A stretch of 45,373 nucleotides of DNA. It comes from Thermococcus sp. JdFR-02. Lineage in GTDB: Archaea; Methanobacteriota_B; Thermococci; Thermococcales; Thermococcaceae. Of the stretch, positions 37,253 to 43,811 are shown piece after piece; positions within the stretch are counted from its first letter, which is position 1, and the number at the start of each line of letters is the position of its first letter. Below the pieces are notes generated by a model. The model was not told where the DNA came from. It saw only the letters and a list, made by a program, of their open reading frames with translations, and ran no database searches. The stretch lies in assembly GCA_002009975.1 (NCBI GenBank), contig MTLP01000003.1:1-45373 (forward strand), read 5' to 3'. The position numbers were made by a program, and so were the translations under genes.

Positions 37253-37984
37253 ATGCGGATCGAGACTCTTTTGTTCGCGATTCTGGTGTTTCTTATCTCT
37301 GCAGGTGTTGTTAATGCTGTAGCATACACCAAGTCATATATGGTTTTTGAGGGGGGTCAGGTTCTTGAGTTGAACAAACAGCAGGAAAGCAGTATTGTTC
37401 AGATTAAAGGAGGAGATAAAAAAACATGTAAGATAGGAAGCTCAATAAATGCTTTCGTTTCAATGGATTATAGAAAATTCGCTCGCTCTTATGGATGGTA
37501 CTCCTATGTGAGCCATTCTTTAAATGTGAGGGTTAATGGACGAATAGTAGTGTTTTACAGTGGGACTATAGATATCAGCACTTACATCGCAAACCCTGAC
37601 AAGCCACTGCCACCAGCCTTGAGAGCCTACTTCTCTGGAAAGTACAAGATTCCATACGGAAGCACAGCGACGATGAGAAGTGTAATAAATACTGTTTTAA
37701 AGGAAAGAGTCTTCACAGGTCCTCAGTTCCAAGCAGCTACTAACAATGACGCCTGGTGTCAGAGTGTCTATGGTCAATTAAATCAGGGGCCTGATACAGA
37801 TAAGGTAGTAAATGACCTTCAGAAAGCCATGGCCCACCAGAGGGCCTGCTACAATAGCGGAGATTTTTGCAGCTGCGTCAAGAAGTACAGTGGCTTTAAG
37901 TATTGCTATCTCCGTAGATACGGGTATTACTGGTACAGCGCATCGATTCTCCAAACATCATACCGCAGGTCTCTCGTGCTCTGA
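37253..37984 (+). CDS. Secreted basic Tyr/Cys-rich protein
   Basis: Signal peptide ending VNA; Cys cluster near the C-terminus. Confidence 0.65.
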   Translation: MRIETLLFAILVFLISAGVVNAVAYTKSYMVFEGGQVLELNKQQESSIVQIKGGDKKTCKIGSSINAFVSMDYRKFARSYGWYSYVSHSLNVRVNGRIVVFYSGTIDISTYIANPDKPLPPALRAYFSGKYKIPYGSTATMRSVINTVLKERVFTGPQFQAATNNDAWCQSVYGQLNQGPDTDKVVNDLQKAMAHQRACYNSGDFCSCVKKYSGFKYCYLRRYGYYWYSASILQTSYRRSLVL

Positions 37985-37996
37985 TTCTTTTATATA
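37982..37996 (+). promoter_or_regulatory. Motif copy 14 (TGATTCTTTTATATA)
   Basis: Begins with the upstream stop codon; 36 nt to ATG 38018. Confidence 0.8.
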
Positions 37997-38017
37997 TCTC
38001 TTTTTGCCATCCAAGGT

Positions 38018-38257
38018 ATGCTTGAGGCAGGGTTGTTGATAGTCATTGCATGTGGCTTCTTCACACTTGCAAAGAACATTTCGCGCTACGCAGACGTTGA
38101 GATAAGGGACGAGTATCTGCTAGCAGGTTCACTGCCTGTCGCACTTTTGTCTTTCTTCCTGACAGGCGGTGACTCTTTCTATACGCTCGTTGGAAGCTTT
38201 TCTGGTGTGCTCCTACTTACCGCTCTGGTGGTCGCGGTGTGGGGTGGTGTGAGATGA
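38018..38257 (+). CDS. Small 3-TM membrane protein
   Basis: Hydrophobic 79-aa ORF directly behind the motif. Confidence 0.6.
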   Translation: MLEAGLLIVIACGFFTLAKNISRYADVEIRDEYLLAGSLPVALLSFFLTGGDSFYTLVGSFSGVLLLTALVVAVWGGVR

Positions 38258-38643
38258 TATGGGTTCCTGGTGCAATTATGCTGGTGGTAGCCGGATACTT
38301 GGTCAACCAGAACCCCGCATACTCTCTTGTGGCAGGAGCCCTTGGTTTCCTCGCACTTGTGGTGGGGATTACAAAGGACGGCACCCCCAAGGACAGGTAT
38401 GACGAAAAAATCAGGACCTTCATTGAGACTATTGATATACTCGAAAGGGAGATCGAGGCAAAAAACAGACTGCTGAATGAAAAGGATAAAATAATCAGCG
38501 ACCTGGAAGCAGTTTGCGACAGGTACAAAGCAGAGTTGAGGGAGCTGAGAGAAAGGTTAACTGGCCGCTCGCCCGAAGACGAAGTGGAAGAGCTAGTCAG
38601 GGCATTTGAGGTTGCGAGAGAAGTTTCCAGAAGTGGGAGCTGA
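38254..38643 (+). CDS. 2-TM protein with coiled coil
   Basis: ATGA overlap at 38254 with GGTG RBS; heptad region. Confidence 0.65.
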   Translation: MIWVPGAIMLVVAGYLVNQNPAYSLVAGALGFLALVVGITKDGTPKDRYDEKIRTFIETIDILEREIEAKNRLLNEKDKIISDLEAVCDRYKAELRELRERLTGRSPEDEVEELVRAFEVAREVSRSGS

Positions 38644-38648
38644 CGAGT

Positions 38649-38663
38649 GGATTCTTTTATAAA
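38649..38663 (+). promoter_or_regulatory. Motif copy 15 (GGATTCTTTTATAAA)
   Basis: Upstream of the pilin pair; leadered, with GGAGGTG RBS. Confidence 0.7.
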
Positions 38664-38703
38664 GGTTTTTCGTTTCTTACTGGAAAAAGGAGGTGCTGGA
38701 AAA

Positions 38704-38898
38704 ATGAAGATAGGAAAGACCGTAAATGATTTTGTAAAGAACAGGAAGGGAGATATACCATGGAATGTAGTCGCAGTAATTGGAGCGATTGCACTGGTGG
38801 CTATATTTCTGGTAGTGGGAAACACCGCCAAGAATGAAGCAAATACTAGGACCACTGAGGCTTCGCAGAGGCTTGGGCAGGAGATCCAGAGCATATAA
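38704..38898 (+). CDS. Small Flp-like pilin with class III signal peptide
   Basis: NRKG|DIPWNVVAVIGAIALVAIFLVVG; GGAGGTG RBS. Confidence 0.7.
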   Translation: MKIGKTVNDFVKNRKGDIPWNVVAVIGAIALVAIFLVVGNTAKNEANTRTTEASQRLGQEIQSI

Positions 38899-38923
38899 AG
38901 ACCGCACCATTCAGGCGGATACT

Positions 38924-39121
38924 ATGACCACCAGCCACGTCGCTCAGTTCCTTTGGGACAGGCGAGGGAGTTCTGCTGAGGTAATTGTGCTGATGATTGG
39001 GGCATTTGCTGTTGCCATTGCAATCGCTGTTATGGCCAGACATGCCAAGGACTCTGGTATAACAGTGATAGACCGTTCAGAGGACAAGTCACTGCAGCTG
39101 ATAGACTCCATAACCACATGA
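38924..39121 (+). CDS. Small Flp-like pilin with class III signal peptide
   Basis: DRRG|SSAEVIVLMIGAFAVAIAIAV. Confidence 0.7.
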   Translation: MTTSHVAQFLWDRRGSSAEVIVLMIGAFAVAIAIAVMARHAKDSGITVIDRSEDKSLQLIDSITT

Positions 39122-39133
39122 TTCTTTTTTAAA
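39119..39133 (+). promoter_or_regulatory. Motif copy 16 (TGATTCTTTTTTAAA)
   Basis: Begins with the upstream stop codon; 36 nt to ATG 39155. Confidence 0.8.
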
Positions 39134-39154
39134 TCTATTATTTTGCTTAAGAGC

Positions 39155-39571
39155 ATGAACATTAAGCCAAGAAAGACTGACACATACGTTGTAAAAACTA
39201 ACCGAAAAAAGTTTTTGAATGATGTAAGAGACCTCTTCGGGGAAGAGGTTGTTTTAAGGCTCAGGCGCCTGTTCAGCAGGGAAGAGAAAAAAAGAGAGTA
39301 CAGAGGGAGGGAAATAATCAGAGAGATCAGGGCGGGCTTCAATGGGGATGACCAGCTATTTAGAGAGAGAGTTTTTGAGCTGCTCAGGAGGACATCTGAC
39401 TATAACTTGCCCGACGATGCAATAGGGGCTGAGCTTGAGGCAGCCTTCGAAAAGTTAGAGGCACCTGCAATGTTCCGCCTTGGTGGAAAGGAGATAAAGG
39501 AAATCGGTGTCTTGGGCTCATCTAATAAGGAGAAGGTTGGCTATGATGACCTCAAGCAGTTTCTGCAGTAA
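39155..39571 (+). CDS. Hypothetical cytoplasmic protein
   Basis: Charged 138-aa ORF; start inferred from motif spacing. Confidence 0.6.
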   Translation: MNIKPRKTDTYVVKTNRKKFLNDVRDLFGEEVVLRLRRLFSREEKKREYRGREIIREIRAGFNGDDQLFRERVFELLRRTSDYNLPDDAIGAELEAAFEKLEAPAMFRLGGKEIKEIGVLGSSNKEKVGYDDLKQFLQ

Positions 39572-39980
39572 CAGGAGAGGGTCTCTTACAATCTTCTGGA
39601 TGATTCTGCTGGCAGCTGCCACACTCGTTATCGCAGCGACATTCATGCAAGCAAACGCTACTGGAGCCAAGAGGGGTGCAGAGATATCATCTGCTTCCCT
39701 CTATGGGGGGATATCTGAAGATGATATCAGGCAGATACTCGACAGAGCGGTCGTCGAGGTTTCCAAGTATCAGGCGTACACTGGAGGCGGTAATACCACA
39801 GACCTTTTTCCACAGGTGGCAAACAGCCTGCTGCAGGAGTATCTTCACAAGAAGGGAATAAGTGAACTGAACCTGACTGTCATAAAGAGTGCGAATCAGT
39901 CTGAGACAGCCGCCGTCACAGGCTACGAAGAGCTGATTGATTACGGAGAGTATGTTGTTGTTATTTCAACCACAAAATGA
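39543..39980 (+). CDS. Pilin-like protein with class III signal peptide
   Basis: NRRG|SLTIFWMILLAAATLVIAA. Confidence 0.65.
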   Translation: MMTSSSFCSNRRGSLTIFWMILLAAATLVIAATFMQANATGAKRGAEISSASLYGGISEDDIRQILDRAVVEVSKYQAYTGGGNTTDLFPQVANSLLQEYLHKKGISELNLTVIKSANQSETAAVTGYEELIDYGEYVVVISTTK

Positions 39981-40053
39981 AGAACTGAGCTTAGTAGACC
40001 TAGCTGTGTAAAAAGAAAAGGTTTAATAGCAACTTTATTTTTAATTTTCATTC

Positions 40054-40944
40054 ATGAAATATCATCATGCTTCGGGGCTAAAAAATACGATATTTGAAAG
40101 ATTAAAAAATATCATATATTCTCCCAAATTGTTTATAACTCTTATAAAAATTTATAAGTTAATTTTAGGGTTTTCAATATTATTAATAGGTTCTTCTATC
40201 CTAGTCTTCGTTTTGTTATTTTTAAATAAATATCTAAAAATTCTTCCTTCCAGTTCTATTAATTTTTTTGTGAAATTATTTATAATATTATTCTATGCTT
40301 CTTCTTATGGCATTGTATTTGCTATTATTTTTCGAACATTAACTATAGACTTCCTTTATTCGGATCAAATCAAGGTAATATTGCATTTAAAATATGTTAA
40401 AAACCATATTCGAAATATTCAAGAAAAAAACAACGAATTAACTTATAAAGATAAATATAAAATTACATATTATTTAAAAAAAGCAATCGACCACTTGCCA
40501 GCACTTTACAAAATTCATAAAAGGGGGATAAAGGAATTAGATGAGGAATTGATACGAAGATTCACATCAATAAAAAACGAAATTGTTGACATCTCTATGT
40601 CAATATATTTTGATAAACATGTGTACTTAGGCATTATATTAACAAAAATAGATAATATCTTAAATGTATTAGAGAAAAACAAATTTGAGCTATTAGAACC
40701 TGCTACAGCGGATAAATTAATAACCGACGAACCTTTTTGGCAAAGACATTTCATTTTTGAAAAAATTATTAATATATTTTTGACAGAAATTAATAAGTTA
40801 CGCTCATATATAGTAAAAATAATAATACTATTAATATTCTTATCAATATTATTAATAATTTTAAAAAGATTGCCCATTTTACCAAATAATCATACTACAA
40901 GTGTAATTTTATCTTTTATTATCCAAAATCTATTCCGAATATAA
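40054..40944 (+). CDS. AT-rich orphan membrane protein (insert)
   Basis: Two N-terminal TMs, soluble helical part, C-terminal TM; very AT-rich relative to neighbours. Confidence 0.6.
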   Translation: MKYHHASGLKNTIFERLKNIIYSPKLFITLIKIYKLILGFSILLIGSSILVFVLLFLNKYLKILPSSSINFFVKLFIILFYASSYGIVFAIIFRTLTIDFLYSDQIKVILHLKYVKNHIRNIQEKNNELTYKDKYKITYYLKKAIDHLPALYKIHKRGIKELDEELIRRFTSIKNEIVDISMSIYFDKHVYLGIILTKIDNILNVLEKNKFELLEPATADKLITDEPFWQRHFIFEKIINIFLTEINKLRSYIVKIIILLIFLSILLIILKRLPILPNNHTTSVILSFIIQNLFRI

Positions 40945-40963
40945 ACACATCTGGAGAGCAAAC

Positions 40964-40978
40964 TGATTCTTTTATAAA
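40964..40978 (+). promoter_or_regulatory. Motif copy 17 (TGATTCTTTTATAAA)
   Basis: 39 nt to ATG 41003; just right of the AT-rich insert. Confidence 0.75.
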
Positions 40979-41002
40979 TCTCTTTTACCACTCAGGGCGT
41001 GT

Positions 41003-41293
41003 ATGGAAGAGGGACTAACAGAGTTTCTGAGATACCTTGCAATTGCTGTTGTATTTCTGCTCTTCATAGCCTTTACTGTTTACGGAGTGTGGATGTTTGC
41101 AGATGGGTGGCGCAAGGCAAACCAGATAGAGAATCTCAGAACAAGCACCGCTGAGATCATTTCGAAATCCAGCGGCGGTACTGGAGCTGTCAACCTCTCT
41201 TTGCTGAAACCATCTATACTGCCACCATGTACTGAAATGGAGGTCTACTACTTCAACGGAACTCTCGCTAAGAGAATCTCCACGCCATGCTGA
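41003..41293 (+). CDS. Pilin-like single-TM protein
   Basis: N-terminal LTEF + TM; C-terminal Cys pair. Confidence 0.5.
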   Translation: MEEGLTEFLRYLAIAVVFLLFIAFTVYGVWMFADGWRKANQIENLRTSTAEIISKSSGGTGAVNLSLLKPSILPPCTEMEVYYFNGTLAKRISTPC

Positions 41294-41310
41294 GAAAGCG
41301 AGGTGGGTAT

Positions 41311-41982
41311 ATGGAAGATGCTGTTTCATTGTTTGAGAAGCACGCTGCAGAACTCATCAGGAGCTACCTGCGATACTATGAGCGGGCTGGCGGCAGCAAG
41401 GAGGAGCTCATAAGGGCGCTCTACGCAATGGTATCGCACAGCAGGAAAAACAGATGCCTCAACTGCAAGCACTCACGAGCCGACCTGAGAAAAATCAAGG
41501 AGTCTGAAGTCTTATCCCTCTTCAACAGAGTCTGCGTATTCGGTCTGCGAAACACAGAGTGCTGTCCTGCACAGGGGGAATCACCCGGAAACGAACAGCT
41601 ATTTAGCGAATTCAAAAAGCTCGCAAAGGGCCTGATTGACAGCTATCTCAGACTCGTCAGGGGGAGAGGTATTGACGAAGACGCACTCGTAAAGGCTCTT
41701 TACGTAATGACTCAGCACAGCAGCAAAAACCCCTGCCTCAACTGCTTAAACTCACGAGCTAACATAAGGAAGGCAAGGAGGAGCTTGGAGGAAGCTGGCA
41801 CAATCTCTGTTTTTGACAGGGTTTGCGCACTTGGCCTCAAAAGCACAGAGTGCACAGGCACAAGAGATCCGCTGACAGGCAAGCTGATCAACATGAGGAG
41901 AGAGATTATAAGAGGAAAGCTGACACCGGAGGAACTCGTGAATGTGTGCCAGGAGATTATTAAGGTTAAGAGAGTGCAATAA
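41311..41982 (+). CDS. Tandem two-repeat protein, each repeat with CLNC...C...C
   Basis: LIxSYLR...L.xALY.M..HS.KN.CLNC..SRA.....S.F.RVC..GL..TEC occurs twice; GAGGTGG RBS before ATG 41311. Confidence 0.75.
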   Translation: MEDAVSLFEKHAAELIRSYLRYYERAGGSKEELIRALYAMVSHSRKNRCLNCKHSRADLRKIKESEVLSLFNRVCVFGLRNTECCPAQGESPGNEQLFSEFKKLAKGLIDSYLRLVRGRGIDEDALVKALYVMTQHSSKNPCLNCLNSRANIRKARRSLEEAGTISVFDRVCALGLKSTECTGTRDPLTGKLINMRREIIRGKLTPEELVNVCQEIIKVKRVQ

Positions 41983-42277
41983 GGCCTACACATCCGCCGA
42001 GAAGGCTGTGTACATGGGTGTTGCACTTCTGCTGGGCGCTATAATATTCTACACTGCATTCTCAGGCCTCCAGAGCCTTACTGAGGACCAGCAGGCGGCC
42101 AAGGCATTTAGCCATTACTATGTTGAGGCAAGGGAGCTGTACTACGGGGGCTTCGAGATACCTCCTTACAGCGGACACCTGCCGCCAGGGTATGAGATCA
42201 GACTTGAAACCTCTGGTGGTAACACCTATGTTGCACTTTACAGGAACAGCACACTGATTAAAAGAAAGATGCTTTGA
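41942..42277 (+). CDS. Pilin-like protein with class III signal peptide
   Basis: NKA|YTSAE (Glu at +5) followed by a hydrophobic helix. Confidence 0.65.
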   Translation: MCARRLLRLRECNKAYTSAEKAVYMGVALLLGAIIFYTAFSGLQSLTEDQQAAKAFSHYYVEARELYYGGFEIPPYSGHLPPGYEIRLETSGGNTYVALYRNSTLIKRKML

Positions 42278-42376
42278 GCGAGAAGGTTCTCTTTTTAGGC
42301 TGCCTACAGGACTCAGTTGGCACATTTATTTTAAAAACCTACCACGACTATACTCACTATATCCGATGTAGCTTAG

Positions 42377-42898
42377 CTAATAAATTAGTTTTCCAGAACT
42401 TATAATAAATCTTATTGCGTTAAATTTAAATATAAAAAGTATAATCCAAGCTGCTGCGAATATTATTATATATATTTTAAAGTATTCATGAACGCTTTTC
42501 AAACTCTTAAAATTTTCGCGTATTTTTTCCCCTTTACAAATTAAATTTGCAGGTAGTTGGTTTTCATCAAAAAGACGATGGTTCCATAAATTAAAATGTT
42601 TCTCAATAGCATTCATTTGAATACGTCTCAATTTATTTGCCATTGTAAGTCTCCTATCAATCTGATAAGCAGTACATAAACCTGCTATGGACACCAATGC
42701 AGCGCTAAAAAGCTGATAAAATGAAAGATGCTCTTGTTGTGCTATCCATGTTAGGATCGCTATTGATGTAGGTATTAAAAAAGCCATTACTCTATATGAC
42801 ATTTCAGTATTTTTTAAATTTTCCTCCTTTAAAAGATTATATTCAAATTTTAGGGTTTCTGCATCTTTTCCTATTAAAGAGGTGGATTTGTTACTCAT
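42377..42898 (-). CDS. AT-rich 3-TM orphan membrane protein (insert)
   Basis: EY..L.EE helix, TM hairpin, soluble segment, terminal TM; opposite strand to the backbone; GGTGG RBS. Confidence 0.65.
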   Translation of the reverse strand: MSNKSTSLIGKDAETLKFEYNLLKEENLKNTEMSYRVMAFLIPTSIAILTWIAQQEHLSFYQLFSAALVSIAGLCTAYQIDRRLTMANKLRRIQMNAIEKHFNLWNHRLFDENQLPANLICKGEKIRENFKSLKSVHEYFKIYIIIFAAAWIILFIFKFNAIRFIISSGKLIY

Positions 42899-42983
42899 CC
42901 CCTACCACCTGTAAGATTTCACTTTGATTTTATATTAATTTATCGCTTCTACAACACATTAATAAGGCTCACTACCACATGAC

Positions 42984-42997
42984 TGATTCTTTTTTAA
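42984..42997 (+). promoter_or_regulatory. Motif copy 18 (TGATTCTTTTTTAA)
   Basis: Upstream of GTG 43024/ATG 43027. Confidence 0.7.
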
Positions 42998-43026
42998 CAA
43001 TTAAAGCCTTCCGGTGTTGCGAGGTG

Positions 43027-43722
43027 ATGAATGTGAGGAAGCATGTTTTACTTGTGGCACTCATGGCAATTGCTCTGCTTTCGGCATGCACTGCAAATAC
43101 AAGCCAGAAACCGGAGCAGGGAGTCGGAACGCCGTACACCGCTGTGGAGCAGATATCCCCCGAGGAAGCAAGGCAGATAGCAGAGAAGGTGGTCAGGACG
43201 ATGACACCTCCGGAGATTCACGAGCAGATCAGCGTTTCGAATGTGGAGAAAGATGAGAAGTACCAGCTGTACAGGTTCAACGTCAGCATTGGCGAGGACG
43301 TGTACACATCTTACATGACCCTCGACGGGAAACTGATATTCCCGGAAGGGATCTCCACTGAGAACCCACCGGTGTTCACAGCGCCTGAGCTAGAAGAACA
43401 GAGCCAGATTCCCATGCCACCAGAGGAGTCCGGGCCACAGCCTCAGCAGAGCGACACAGTGGCTGAGGTCGCCCGCCTGCAGGATGGATGGTACTTTTTT
43501 TACCTGAGAACCTGTTCAGCGTGCCAGGAGCAGGAGAGGATTCTGGGCAACCTAATCGACAAGGTTAACAGAGTGGAGTGCAGCGAACAGAAAGAGCTGT
43601 GCAGAGCCTACAACATCATCGTCACGCCTACTTGGCTAAAGATAGAAGGCGGAGTGGAAGTGCAGAGGCTCGACGGTATCCAGAGCCTGGAGAGGCTCAG
43701 GCAGGCTGGCGCTCTACCCTAA
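43027..43722 (+). CDS. Lipoprotein with DsbC-like N-domain and thioredoxin domain
   Basis: Lipobox LLSAC; LY.F.V.....YMTLDGKLIF DsbC-dimerisation-like motif; CSAC and TPT thioredoxin motifs. Confidence 0.75.
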   Translation: MNVRKHVLLVALMAIALLSACTANTSQKPEQGVGTPYTAVEQISPEEARQIAEKVVRTMTPPEIHEQISVSNVEKDEKYQLYRFNVSIGEDVYTSYMTLDGKLIFPEGISTENPPVFTAPELEEQSQIPMPPEESGPQPQQSDTVAEVARLQDGWYFFYLRTCSACQEQERILGNLIDKVNRVECSEQKELCRAYNIIVTPTWLKIEGGVEVQRLDGIQSLERLRQAGALP

Positions 43723-43775
43723 CGTCCCACTGCGCTGAAGCACGATAGGCACCTCAGCGCGGCGTGAACCTTTTT

Positions 43776-43790
43776 GGATTCTTTTATATA
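43776..43790 (+). promoter_or_regulatory. Motif copy 19 (GGATTCTTTTATATA)
   Basis: 36 nt to ATG 43812. Confidence 0.75.
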
Positions 43791-43811
43791 TTTTTTTAAG
43801 CTATAATAGGC

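Noticed and set aside
2989-43790. TGATTC motif as a CRISPR repeat, IS/MITE end or recombination site
   Set aside because: Irregular kb-scale spacing, no transposase or target duplications, and fixed distance and orientation to start codons favour a promoter; a secondary recombination role is not excluded.
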